Shown piece by piece: positions 26,910 to 36,453 of a stretch of DNA of 64,000 nt. Location: positions 57,926-121,925 of IMG/VR virus record IMGVR_UViG_3300042309_002885. One strand, written 5' to 3'. The notes below the pieces were generated by a model that saw only the letters and a program-made list of their open reading frames with translations, did no database searches and was not told the DNA's origin. Source of the DNA: a virus. Both the position numbers and the translations under genes were made by a program. The number at the start of each line of letters is the position of its first letter. Position 1 is the first letter of the stretch.

Positions 26910-28121
26910 ATGATTGTCTCTCCTTTCGCAAATCCATTTCCTGCACCTATTCCTGAATTTTTACCTACACCAACCATAAATCAGGTACACACACCAGAGC
27001 AACCTAGAGAGTTATCACTTCCAAGATATATAAACTATTTAGCTGATTATTCTGGATGCGGATTTTGGAGAATAATATGGCCTGAAATGCATATAAATTC
27101 TTCGGGACTGGGTTGCTCGACATCATTAACAGCAATGGTATTTGATCCGAGATGGTATACTGGAGTTAAGTGCGTTAAAGTTCAGCGACAGGCTTCCTCT
27201 GATCAGAGGGAGTTTATTAAACATCTTAAAAATATTCAACGCGATCATAATTTTAAATTAATCTACGAAGTAGATGATGTTGTATTTAGAGAAGAAATAC
27301 CCGATTATAATAAATTCAAGTTTGCATTTGATAACGATGAGATTCGAAATAATTGTATAGAAATTATGAACATGTGTGACGAAATAACCGTTACATGTGA
27401 CTATATGCGCAAACTATATCAGGAAAAGACAGGTAAAAGAGAGGTTACTGTTATACCTAACTTTGTTCCATATAGCTGGATGGGTCATCTATACAACAAG
27501 AATCAAATTTACTCGAACTATGATAAACACAAGCGCAAACCGCGTATTTTATATACAGGGTCAGGTGCTCACTATGATGTAGATAATAAAAATAACGGTA
27601 TAGATGATTTCTCTCACGTACTTGAAGCAGTTATACAAACAATTGATGTATATCAGTGGGTATTCGTCGGTTCGTTTCCTCCTAGATTGGCGGAGTATGT
27701 TAAAAATAAGAAGATAGAATTTCACCCCTGGCAGACGATATCAGATTACCCCAAATTTATTACCGGTCTAAATGCCCAGGCAATGGTTGCGCCTCTCTTT
27801 AATAACAATTTTAATAAATCAAAATCAGATATTAAATATATTGAAGCTTGTGTACTAGGGCTCCCGTGTCTTGTACAGGATATGGAGACGTACCAAGACG
27901 CACCTTCATTCTTAAAATTCACAACAGGTGAGGATCTCAAAAACAAGCTCGGGGAGATATGTAAAAACAAATCACAATACTATCGTAATGTGGAAAAATA
28001 TAGAGAAATTGGCTCTCGTAGATTTTTAGAATTGCCTGAAAATATAGGGTGTCATATAGAAGCTCTCAATACACCATATGGTTCTCCTAATAGGAAGTAT
28101 CTTAAAAGATGGAACCCTTGA
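26910..28121 (+). CDS. GT-B (GT4-like) glycosyltransferase inside the replication operon
   Basis: YEVDDVVF, ITVTCDYM, VIPNF, APLFNNNFNKSKSDIKYIEA..LGLP. Confidence 0.75.
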   Translation: MIVSPFANPFPAPIPEFLPTPTINQVHTPEQPRELSLPRYINYLADYSGCGFWRIIWPEMHINSSGLGCSTSLTAMVFDPRWYTGVKCVKVQRQASSDQREFIKHLKNIQRDHNFKLIYEVDDVVFREEIPDYNKFKFAFDNDEIRNNCIEIMNMCDEITVTCDYMRKLYQEKTGKREVTVIPNFVPYSWMGHLYNKNQIYSNYDKHKRKPRILYTGSGAHYDVDNKNNGIDDFSHVLEAVIQTIDVYQWVFVGSFPPRLAEYVKNKKIEFHPWQTISDYPKFITGLNAQAMVAPLFNNNFNKSKSDIKYIEACVLGLPCLVQDMETYQDAPSFLKFTTGEDLKNKLGEICKNKSQYYRNVEKYREIGSRRFLELPENIGCHIEALNTPYGSPNRKYLKRWNP

Positions 28122-28146
28122 TATAGCTTAGTAGCTATATTATAAT
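28118..28146 (+). promoter_or_regulatory. Sigma70-like promoter of DNA polymerase with a perfect inverted repeat across -35 and spacer
   Basis: TTGATA-17 nt-TATAAT; ATATAGCT-tagt-AGCTATAT at 28121-28140. Confidence 0.7.
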
Positions 28147-28152
28147 ATGTAT

Positions 28153-30720
28153 ATGTCATATCGTAATTGCGTATACAATAGCCGTACACAATCTGTATGT
28201 TTGTTTACTTGGGATAATGATGGCAAGAGAGTTAAATATGATGTTAGTGTACTCCCATATCTTTATACTGAGGATAATAGCGGCGATAAAAAGACTATAT
28301 ATGGCACGAAAGCAAAAAAAAGGGTGTTTAATAACACCTACGAGCGAAATAAATTTATACAAACCTCCGGCACAAGGCGACTTTACGAAAATATACCAGC
28401 TGTGCAGCAATATTTACTCGATACTTTTTGGAGAGAGAACGAAGATGTTAAATTTATTAAAAATGAGCTCAAGGTAACCTTTTTAGATATTGAGACCTAT
28501 TCTGTTGATTCGTTTCCAGATATTAATAACCCCGAGCATACCGTAAACGTAATAACATGCTATGATAATTTCTCTAAAAAGTTTCATACATTTGGGTTAA
28601 AGGATTATACTACTAGTAAGGAAAATGTTATATATTATCGCTGCAAGAACGAACGCGATTTATTCATCAAATTTATTGATTATATTGAAAAGGATTACCC
28701 TGATGTTCTTTCTGGCTGGAACTCAGAGTTTTTTGATATACCGTATATTATAAACAGATGTGAACGCTTACTCGGTGATGAGTATGTCAAGCGTCTATCG
28801 CCTCTCGGTAATGTTTACTATCGCGAGGTAATTGGTAAATTCGGCAAGCAGCAAAAACGATATTACATTGATGGTATAGCGTGTATTGACTACTTGGACA
28901 TTTATAGACGATTTTGCTTAAAGTTACGTGAATCGTATAAACTCGACGCTATAGGCGAGATTGAGCTTGGTGAAAGAAAGATAGATTATGGAGATATGAA
29001 TCTATCGTCTCTAGCAGATACTGATTGGAGCCTATTTGTTGATTACAACATACAAGACGTAAACCTTATTGTAAAATTAGAAGAGAAGTTGCAATATGTT
29101 GCGCTATTGCGAATGCTTTCATATGTAGGTCTAACTACTCTCGAGGGCGCAATGGGAACCATCTCCGTAATTAACGGTGCGCTAGTTATACGAGCAAGAA
29201 AACGTAATGAGCTTATGTCTACGTTTGTTCGAACAGCGACTGATGGCAAAAACCCTGGAGCGTATGTCGCGGAACCGAAATCAGGCTTTAAGACAAATAT
29301 TGTCTCGTTTGATGCAAACTCCCTCTATCCGAATGTAATGATCTCGCTTAACCTATCCCCTGAAACAAAGATAGGGCGCGTGGAGCGTACACACACTGGT
29401 AATGTTAACATTTACCATACAAGCGGTAAATGTATAGAGCTTACACCAGAAAAATTTAATAATTTTATTACAAGTGAAGAATGCTCTGTTACTAAAGCAG
29501 GGTTTTTATTCTCACAAAAAAAGAAAGGTATAATACCCGAGTTTCTTGATTACTACTACAACGAGCGAGTTAAGGTTCGTGAGACCCTTTTTAATCTTAA
29601 AAAAGCAATCCTAGCTATATCAAAGGATAGCGCAGAATATACAGAACTAAAGTATGAAATAGAACGGTTAAATACTAAGCAGATGGTAATCAAGATTCTT
29701 ATCAATTCTGCTTATGGTTATATGGGCAACAAACAAGCACCCATTGGTGATGATGATATTGCCTCATCTGTCACCCTTACAGGTCAGGCTATTATTAAGC
29801 AAGCAGGTAGCTTGTTGCAGAAATATTTAAGTGAAAACTTCAATATTACTGATACCGTCACACTTGATGATAGCTGGGTGTACTCTGATACCGATAGTTG
29901 CTACTTTTCGCTAGGCTGTATATCCGATGTACTACCTATTAAGACAGGTGACAACATTTCAGATAAGTTTTATAATGAGGTGGAGCAGATTGAGAAATTT
30001 CTCAACACCGAGATTGCTATTTGGGCAAAAAAACAACTTAGGACAAAAGATAGTAGATTTGTATTTAAGCGAGAGTGTATAGCAGATGTAGGGCTGTTTT
30101 TACAAAAAAAACGATACGTAATGCGAGTGTTAGACGATGAAGGCATAAAAACATCCAAATTTAAATACACAGGCGTAGAGGTTGTACGTACCTCCATGCC
30201 AAACGCTGTTAAGCCATATGCTAAAAAAATTATTGAAACAATGTTGCTTACACAGTCGCTTAGCGAGACAAATAACGTTCTCAAAGAGACTTATGAAATA
30301 TTTAAAACTCTATCAATCGAAGACATTGCGTTCGTAATGGGATTGAAGGGTTATGATAAATACGCGAGTAAGTGTAATGAGTTTAATATTGCAAAAGGTA
30401 CACCTATTCACGTTAAAGCTGCCTATATTCATAACACTATTAATAAAAAAATAGGCATTAATAAACAGCACGAAGATCTAACTACAGGTGATAAAATTAG
30501 ATTCGTATATGTACAACAACCTAACAAATATAGAGTTGAAGTTGTTGGGTTTAAGTACAACATGCCAAACGAGTATAATGATTTATTTAAAGTTGATTAT
30601 GAAAAAATGTTTGAAAAGATATTGTTCAATTCTATTGAGCGGTTTTATGAAAAGGTGAACTGGCAAATACGTAAACCCACCGAAAGTGTGCAAACGGAAC
30701 TCTTTGATCTATTTAGTTGA
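28153..30720 (+). CDS. 43: Family B DNA polymerase gp43
   Basis: Exo I DIETYS, Exo II GWNSEFFDIPY, Exo III YNIQDV; SFDANSLYP, KILINSAYG, YSDTDS, KKRY. Start is 28147 or 28153. Confidence 0.95.
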   Translation: MSYRNCVYNSRTQSVCLFTWDNDGKRVKYDVSVLPYLYTEDNSGDKKTIYGTKAKKRVFNNTYERNKFIQTSGTRRLYENIPAVQQYLLDTFWRENEDVKFIKNELKVTFLDIETYSVDSFPDINNPEHTVNVITCYDNFSKKFHTFGLKDYTTSKENVIYYRCKNERDLFIKFIDYIEKDYPDVLSGWNSEFFDIPYIINRCERLLGDEYVKRLSPLGNVYYREVIGKFGKQQKRYYIDGIACIDYLDIYRRFCLKLRESYKLDAIGEIELGERKIDYGDMNLSSLADTDWSLFVDYNIQDVNLIVKLEEKLQYVALLRMLSYVGLTTLEGAMGTISVINGALVIRARKRNELMSTFVRTATDGKNPGAYVAEPKSGFKTNIVSFDANSLYPNVMISLNLSPETKIGRVERTHTGNVNIYHTSGKCIELTPEKFNNFITSEECSVTKAGFLFSQKKKGIIPEFLDYYYNERVKVRETLFNLKKAILAISKDSAEYTELKYEIERLNTKQMVIKILINSAYGYMGNKQAPIGDDDIASSVTLTGQAIIKQAGSLLQKYLSENFNITDTVTLDDSWVYSDTDSCYFSLGCISDVLPIKTGDNISDKFYNEVEQIEKFLNTEIAIWAKKQLRTKDSRFVFKRECIADVGLFLQKKRYVMRVLDDEGIKTSKFKYTGVEVVRTSMPNAVKPYAKKIIETMLLTQSLSETNNVLKETYEIFKTLSIEDIAFVMGLKGYDKYASKCNEFNIAKGTPIHVKAAYIHNTINKKIGINKQHEDLTTGDKIRFVYVQQPNKYRVEVVGFKYNMPNEYNDLFKVDYEKMFEKILFNSIERFYEKVNWQIRKPTESVQTELFDLFS

Positions 30721-30749
30721 TTTTTACAAACCATTAGCATATATACTAC

Positions 30750-30983
30750 ATGCAAATGGAATACTTAGATAAGCCAGCCCTTGATAACACGCCTAAAGCA
30801 CATCCCGCGTATTGGCGTGGTAAGGCTGCAGGTATTTCCGAGACACTAAAAATCGTATCAGATATAATGATGGGAAAAGATAACGGATCAGGATACAATA
30901 ATAATAAAGATATTGAACTCATGAGACAGTCTCTTTTAGTTTGGCGTGACGAGTTAGATAAAATTACCCAATCTAAAAAATAA
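30750..30983 (+). CDS. Hypothetical protein
   Basis: 77-aa ORF in operon orientation. Confidence 0.55.
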   Translation: MQMEYLDKPALDNTPKAHPAYWRGKAAGISETLKIVSDIMMGKDNGSGYNNNKDIELMRQSLLVWRDELDKITQSKK

Positions 30984-31019
30984 TAATTGACATTTTAAAT
31001 ATCTTTTATATATATTTAT

Positions 31020-31367
31020 ATGCAAGAAAAAATAGTAACAATTATTGATCATATCGGTCGTACCGTCGTAGGAGCAGAAATCGCTAATAGCGATACACAT
31101 CTGACTCTTAACAACCCTGTAATAATACACGTACAGCCTAACCAGCAAACAGGTCAAATTCAGGTGCAATCCTTTCCTTATATCTTTATGGAATTTTTAA
31201 ATAAAGAATCGCGAGCATCTAACCACTGGACGTTCAATAAACAAAATATAGTAGTGTCAACTGTAACCTTGGATGAAAAAATTATCGCGCAATACAATGC
31301 AATTAACACTCCTCCAGCTCAGCCAGCGGTAGAAACGGATCCAGAAGTAATAAGACTCTTTGATTGA
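31020..31367 (+). CDS. Hypothetical protein (possible Sm-like beta fold)
   Basis: TTGACA at 30987-30992 upstream; beta-rich sequence between polymerase and uvsX. Confidence 0.6.
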   Translation: MQEKIVTIIDHIGRTVVGAEIANSDTHLTLNNPVIIHVQPNQQTGQIQVQSFPYIFMEFLNKESRASNHWTFNKQNIVVSTVTLDEKIIAQYNAINTPPAQPAVETDPEVIRLFD

Positions 31368-31380
31368 TAGTTGCAAACTT

Positions 31381-31418
31381 AAAAAAGCCTATACCGTGCC
31401 GCGGTATAGGCTTTTTTT
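31381..31418. terminator. Rho-independent terminator, potentially bidirectional
   Basis: A6-GCCTATACCG-tgccg-CGGTATAGGC-T7: perfect 10-bp stem. Confidence 0.9.
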
Positions 31419-31431
31419 ATATGCATTTACC

Positions 31432-31459
31432 TTGATTAATTACTAATATATTTCATAAT
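31432..31459 (+). promoter_or_regulatory. Sigma70-like promoter for uvsX-queC
   Basis: TTGATT-16 nt-CATAAT; the ATG lies 7 nt after the -10 box. Confidence 0.65.
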
Positions 31460-31465
31460 CAACCT

Positions 31466-32560
31466 ATGGATAAAGATGTTCTAAGTGCTTTAAATGAAAT
31501 TGATGATGTAAATCCTTTCGCTACTTATTTGAGTGATAGTACGCTTAGCCGCGTTGGAGGATGGGTAGATACAGGTAGCTATGTTCTCAATGCTATTATC
31601 TCAGGTTCTATTCACGGTGGTATTCCAAAGGGTCGAGTTACTATGCTTGCCGGTGAATCCATGACAGGTAAATCATTATTTGTACAAAAGATTCTCGCTA
31701 AGGCTCAACAAGAAGGTCTTATACCAGTAATTTTTGATACTGAAAACGCTATTGATCCTGAAGGAGCTCAACGACTAGGTCTTGATATTAGTAAGGTAAA
31801 GTATGTGCCGTGTATCAGTATCGAACAAACGCGTAACGCTCTCTTTAAATTTCTTACATCTGTTAAAGAAAAGAAACTTGAGGGTAAGTTCATTGTTGCA
31901 ATCGACTCTTTAGGCAACCTTCAATCAGAGCTCGAGCTAGCTCGCATGGGAAAGGATAGTACCTCTGCAGATATGGGTACTAAAGCACGTGCAATGAAGT
32001 CACTAATGCAGACTTGTACCAATCTAGGTGCTGTAACTCAGACTACTATTCTTTGCACTAACCATGTTTATGACGATCCCTCTGCTATGTTTCCATCAAT
32101 TGAAAAACATATGCCAGGTGGTAAGGCATGTGTATATCTTCCATCAGTAACAGTTCAACTTGCACGTAAGCCGATGAAATCTGATGATGGTAAAACAACA
32201 GACGGTGAATTAGCTGTCGGTCAAAAATCTTATGCAGGTATTATTATTAGAGCTCTTACGCGTAAAAATAGATTTATTAAACAGTATCTCGAAGGCGAGA
32301 TGTACCTATCCTTTGCTAACGGACTGGATAGGTATTATGGCTTGCTCGATCTTGCGGTCGGTCTTGGTGTAGTTATTCAGAACGGATCGACATACGCTCT
32401 TGAAGATGGAACTAAGCTAGGGTATTATCGCAACTTTAGAAAGGACACCAAATTATGGGAAGAAATCATACTTCCCAAACTAGATGCGCGTATCAAAAAA
32501 GAGTGGTCCTACAGCAATCTCGAAGAAGAGACACCAGAAGAAATAAACGATGAAGCGTAA
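31466..32560 (+). CDS. uvsX: RecA-like recombinase UvsX
   Basis: DTGSYVLNAIISG, AGESMTGKS, FDTENA, IDSLG, NHVY, GG. Confidence 0.92.
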   Translation: MDKDVLSALNEIDDVNPFATYLSDSTLSRVGGWVDTGSYVLNAIISGSIHGGIPKGRVTMLAGESMTGKSLFVQKILAKAQQEGLIPVIFDTENAIDPEGAQRLGLDISKVKYVPCISIEQTRNALFKFLTSVKEKKLEGKFIVAIDSLGNLQSELELARMGKDSTSADMGTKARAMKSLMQTCTNLGAVTQTTILCTNHVYDDPSAMFPSIEKHMPGGKACVYLPSVTVQLARKPMKSDDGKTTDGELAVGQKSYAGIIIRALTRKNRFIKQYLEGEMYLSFANGLDRYYGLLDLAVGLGVVIQNGSTYALEDGTKLGYYRNFRKDTKLWEEIILPKLDARIKKEWSYSNLEEETPEEINDEA

Positions 32561-33299
32561 AAAATTAGTATTAGCATTTTCTGGCGGTTGCGATTCATCT
32601 GTACTTCTCTTTATGGCGGCAGGTAGAGGATATGAAGAAATTCATACCGTAACCTTCGATTATGGTCAAAGACATCGTCGTGAAATGCAATGTGTACCGC
32701 TTCAAAAATGGAGTCTTGAAGAGAAATACCCTAATGTTAAATTTACAAATAAAGTATTAGATGTAAGCTATCTAAAGGATATCTCTCCTACGTCCTCGTT
32801 AACAAATCTAGAAATTGATAATCCAGATATAAGTAAAATCGCCGGTGATGCACAGCCTGTTTCATATGTTCCGTTTCGTAATCAAATGTTTATTACGATT
32901 TGCTGTGCTTACGCGGAAAGTCTCGGTGCAGACGCGGTTTGGTACGGTGCAGCGCAAGTAGACTCGTTAGCTGGCTACTGGGATGGCTCGCAAGAATTCG
33001 TTGATAGTATAAATCAGTTAGCAGCTCTTAACAGACAACATAGGATCCTCATTGAAGCTCCATTGCTCTCCTTGTCAAAAGCAGACATCATACGAGAAGG
33101 TGTAAAACTAGGCGTTCAGTTCGAGAACACATGGACATGTTATAGTAACCGCGAGGATGGTCTTGCTGATGCTACTACACCGTCGAGTAGTTTGCGAGTT
33201 CAGGGCTTTATTAGCGCTGGATATAAGGATCCCATCAAGTACCTTCAACAGGATAAGCTTGATGGGATATATAAAGAAAAGAATTGTAAAGAATTATAA
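32550..33299 (+). CDS. queC: 7-cyano-7-deazaguanine synthase, variant lacking most Zn-site cysteines
   Basis: AFSGGCDS PP-loop, TFDYGQRH..E, SSLT, YVPFRN, EAPL..LSKADII, TWTCY. Confidence 0.9.
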   Translation: MKRKKLVLAFSGGCDSSVLLFMAAGRGYEEIHTVTFDYGQRHRREMQCVPLQKWSLEEKYPNVKFTNKVLDVSYLKDISPTSSLTNLEIDNPDISKIAGDAQPVSYVPFRNQMFITICCAYAESLGADAVWYGAAQVDSLAGYWDGSQEFVDSINQLAALNRQHRILIEAPLLSLSKADIIREGVKLGVQFENTWTCYSNREDGLADATTPSSSLRVQGFISAGYKDPIKYLQQDKLDGIYKEKNCKEL

Positions 33300-34781
33300 T
33301 CCGTATCTTCTAAGCTCTTCTAATTGAAAAGAAGTTTTAGGTTTATATTTGTCTTTGAAAGATAGATTTTGCTGAGGTTGTGATCTTCTAGCGCTATCAC
33401 TCTTTGTCTGCTCTGTAAGATATATAGCAGTGGTTATATTAACATTTTCTTGTATCTGTATAGTATCGGGTATTTTGTAGGTTTGACGCATTTCTTGTTC
33501 TGTTTTTCTAAATTCATCTCTCATACGCGTAACCCGGTCAGATTTACCTGATAATCTAGCTGCTGTTCCTTCATCTCTAAGAGCTTGTAACTCATTTTGT
33601 ACTCTTTCTCTATCCTCATCGTTTTTAATTCTAGCTAAAAACTCATCTGTACCACCTCTTGATGCAATATCTCCTGCAATCTCTTTACCGGCTTGATATG
33701 CTTTAGGAGCTAAATGACTGCCTCCTACTGCTGTACCGACTAGCGCTGCGGCTCCCGCTAAACCTCTACCCACACGTTTTGCTGACTCCATGTCAAATTT
33801 TTCTGTAGTTAAGGATTCATTACCTCTAACTATCTTTACAGGTCTAGGCTCATCTTGATATTTCTTAACAAAGCCAATAAGTCTTTGTAAATAAGGATCA
33901 TTCGTTGTTGATTCATCTTCTGCTTCTTCTGTAGGATACTCTTCATCTTCTATAGATGTTGATTTGAGATTACCAATCATATCTTTCTGATTCATGTCTG
34001 GTTCATGTATAACAACCCCCGCACCACCAAAAGACTTAAGATCGTCCGCTATTTGTCTTTCAATTTTCTCTACTCCTAATCTAGATATTATCTTACCTAG
34101 CTTGCTAGATACACCAAACACAACATCAATACTTCTACCTTCTACCTCAATGTCACCTTCATCTACAAATTTCGAGAGATATCTAACAATTTGTGTTATA
34201 TCGCTCAAATCACTATCTCTATCAGCAATTATTTCGAGCATGTATTCATTACTATAGGATGATTCTAAAGAACCGATAAGATCATCATACATATTTACAG
34301 TCTGACTCATAGACGACATTGCACTTGCTGTCTCTTTTTTACGCTCTAGTCTCGCTACCTTCTTAGCTGCTTTAAGTTCAGCATTAAGTTTATTAACCTC
34401 ATAGCGTTGTTGCGCTGCATCTGTTCTATTACCTGTAGTAAAGCTGACTTTATTCTCAAGTTGATCCTTAATATGAGCTTGAATTTCGTCGCGCTTGGAT
34501 TTTATCTTAGAAGCTATACCATTTGATTCAAAATATTCAACCATTCTACTAACGGAAGGGTCATTTTTAAACATTCTAACTACAGAATCATCTATAATAT
34601 CCAAATCAAACAATATACCAAGCATCGCTAAGCGACCTTCACGTGTGCCGGAAGAAGCACCTCTTGATTTAGCTAATGAACGAGCTTGATTTTGAAATCC
34701 AGGCATTATCCTGTCCATTGGCGAATCTTTAGCTTCATGTAAAGAGGATAGCCTTGATAGTAGCTTTGTAAAGGAACTCAT
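33294..34781 (-). CDS. Hypothetical late protein, possible internal virion protein
   Basis: TATAAATA 6 nt before the ATG; acidic linker; Gly/Ala hydrophobic segment GLAGAAALVGTAVGG. Confidence 0.65.
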   Translation of the reverse strand: MSSFTKLLSRLSSLHEAKDSPMDRIMPGFQNQARSLAKSRGASSGTREGRLAMLGILFDLDIIDDSVVRMFKNDPSVSRMVEYFESNGIASKIKSKRDEIQAHIKDQLENKVSFTTGNRTDAAQQRYEVNKLNAELKAAKKVARLERKKETASAMSSMSQTVNMYDDLIGSLESSYSNEYMLEIIADRDSDLSDITQIVRYLSKFVDEGDIEVEGRSIDVVFGVSSKLGKIISRLGVEKIERQIADDLKSFGGAGVVIHEPDMNQKDMIGNLKSTSIEDEEYPTEEAEDESTTNDPYLQRLIGFVKKYQDEPRPVKIVRGNESLTTEKFDMESAKRVGRGLAGAAALVGTAVGGSHLAPKAYQAGKEIAGDIASRGGTDEFLARIKNDEDRERVQNELQALRDEGTAARLSGKSDRVTRMRDEFRKTEQEMRQTYKIPDTIQIQENVNITTAIYLTEQTKSDSARRSQPQQNLSFKDKYKPKTSFQLEELRRYGL

Positions 34782-34787
34782 ATATTA

Positions 34788-34795
34788 TATTTATA
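34788..34795 (-). promoter_or_regulatory. T4-type late promoter TATAAATA
   Basis: Exact consensus in a 19-nt divergent intergenic gap. Confidence 0.6.
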
Positions 34796-34799
34796 CATT

Positions 34800-35123
34800 A
34801 TGCAATTAAATTGGAAAGATTTTAATGAAATGTCGTTTAATAATATTTGTAAATTGCCAGGAATCGGTAAAAAGGCTGCGGAACGTGTAATTGCTAACAG
34901 ACCCTTTAGATCAAACAATGATCTTTTTAAGATTAAAGGGTTAGGTACCAGAACTTTAAGGAATTTAGGTATAGAAAAGACAAAAAAAGAGCGAAAGTCG
35001 TGGTATCTCATGGAAGATGGTATAGAATACCCGTCTTACGCACTTGCAAAGAATATTTTGACTGGAAAAATTGATTTTTTCTGGAGAATTTCAAAAGATA
35101 AGCGAGAATATCTTGTAAGATAA
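34800..35123 (+). CDS. Helix-hairpin-helix DNA-binding protein (ComEA-like)
   Basis: KLPGIGKKAAERVI..RPF.S..DL.KIKGLG: two HhH motifs. Confidence 0.85.
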   Translation: MQLNWKDFNEMSFNNICKLPGIGKKAAERVIANRPFRSNNDLFKIKGLGTRTLRNLGIEKTKKERKSWYLMEDGIEYPSYALAKNILTGKIDFFWRISKDKREYLVR

Positions 35124-35127
35124 CGTA

Positions 35128-35793
35128 ATGTGTGCAATTATTGGCTCTAAAAACACTTCAAAACTTGAAGTTATGTATACTGCTAACCTACCACGTGGTA
35201 CTTTTGCTACTGGAATTGTTAGTTTGTATGATCATAACAATCAACAAACTATTAAAAAGCAAGGTACAATCGATTTTGACCAGATTCAGCTAGATGAATC
35301 GTGTGATTATTACGTCGGACACGTACAAGCACCTACATCTGCTAAGAGAATATGGTCATATGACACGTCTCATCCGTTCGAATCACTATCTTGGTCGGTT
35401 TTACATAACGGAGTGCTTACAAATCACGAGGAAATACGCTCAAAACACGTAAATTGGGACGTTAATCCCGTTGATACTGCGGTAATTCCGAATTTATTAC
35501 AGCATTTCACAGAAAAATGCATAGAAGAGTGTCCTAGCCATGAAATTATTAAGAAAACACTTAGTTTATTGGAAGGTACATTTGCTTTATGTATTATCGA
35601 TACTGATTGTAATGATATTTACCTCGCAAGACAGGGATCCATTCTCCACTACAACGATAGTGGAGATTTTTCCACACTCGGCGGCGAGGGATTTAAAATA
35701 GTACCAGAAGGTGTCATATTAATGCTTAAAGATTATACAAACTGGGAAGTAGTAAATCATTTTGAAGTTAAGTCTCCATTTTTATTCTTATGA
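35128..35793 (+). CDS. Class II (Ntn) glutamine amidotransferase, stand-alone
   Basis: MCAIIG with N-terminal Cys nucleophile, GHVQAPT, HP, HNGVL.N, DT.VI, LEGTFA. Confidence 0.85.
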   Translation: MCAIIGSKNTSKLEVMYTANLPRGTFATGIVSLYDHNNQQTIKKQGTIDFDQIQLDESCDYYVGHVQAPTSAKRIWSYDTSHPFESLSWSVLHNGVLTNHEEIRSKHVNWDVNPVDTAVIPNLLQHFTEKCIEECPSHEIIKKTLSLLEGTFALCIIDTDCNDIYLARQGSILHYNDSGDFSTLGGEGFKIVPEGVILMLKDYTNWEVVNHFEVKSPFLFL

Positions 35794-36446
35794 AAACATT
35801 TTATTTTTCTGCTACGAAGGGAAGTCGAAAAAATACCATACTAGCTAGCAATTATTCGACGCATAATGAGTTTATTTTCAAAGAGAATAACGCAGAGCCC
35901 CTACCCGTCGTTTATAACAAAGCAATAGACTTTGCGATTCAAGAAGATATGGATTTTTTAGTCTTATGCCATGACGATGTAATTATAGAGTCAGACTTAT
36001 CGCATAAAATTCCACCACTAATGCAGGAATTTGACATTATTGGTGTTGCAGGTGCAACAGAATGTAAGCTAAGTGAACCCGCTCTTTGGCATATAATGGG
36101 TGGAGGCTTTAATTCGGGTAAGCTACACGGCGCTGTAGCACACGGCGATAATAAAGCGAAGCATATGACTTGTTTTGGAAGTTACCCTGAACGTGTTTTG
36201 CTTCTTGACGGTGTATTCTTGTGCATGAGTAGAAATGTTTTTACGCAGGTGAGATTCGATGAATCTAATCCTGCAGGCTTTCACTTTTACGATCTTGATT
36301 ATAGTTTATCTTGCTATAAAGCAGGCTTTAAGCTAGGTGTTTCAGATATCTTAATTACACATGCATCTCCAGGTCTGCGAGAATTTACCCCAGAATTTTT
36401 AGAAGGTCAACAATGGTTTCTTGAAAAGTGGAAGGGAGCGCTATAA
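35790..36446 (+). CDS. GT2-like glycosyltransferase (StrF / Glyco_tranf_2_5-like)
   Basis: VYNKAI...LVLCHDDV...IIGVAG...LLDGVF...FDE...FHFYDLD. Confidence 0.8.
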   Translation: MKTFYFSATKGSRKNTILASNYSTHNEFIFKENNAEPLPVVYNKAIDFAIQEDMDFLVLCHDDVIIESDLSHKIPPLMQEFDIIGVAGATECKLSEPALWHIMGGGFNSGKLHGAVAHGDNKAKHMTCFGSYPERVLLLDGVFLCMSRNVFTQVRFDESNPAGFHFYDLDYSLSCYKAGFKLGVSDILITHASPGLREFTPEFLEGQQWFLEKWKGAL

Positions 36447-36453
36447 TAAAAAG

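Noticed and set aside
29860-29900. Polymerase motif C YSDTDS rather than YGDTDS as an adaptation to modified dNTPs
   Set aside because: A single substitution also seen in other family B polymerases; nothing here ties it to base modification
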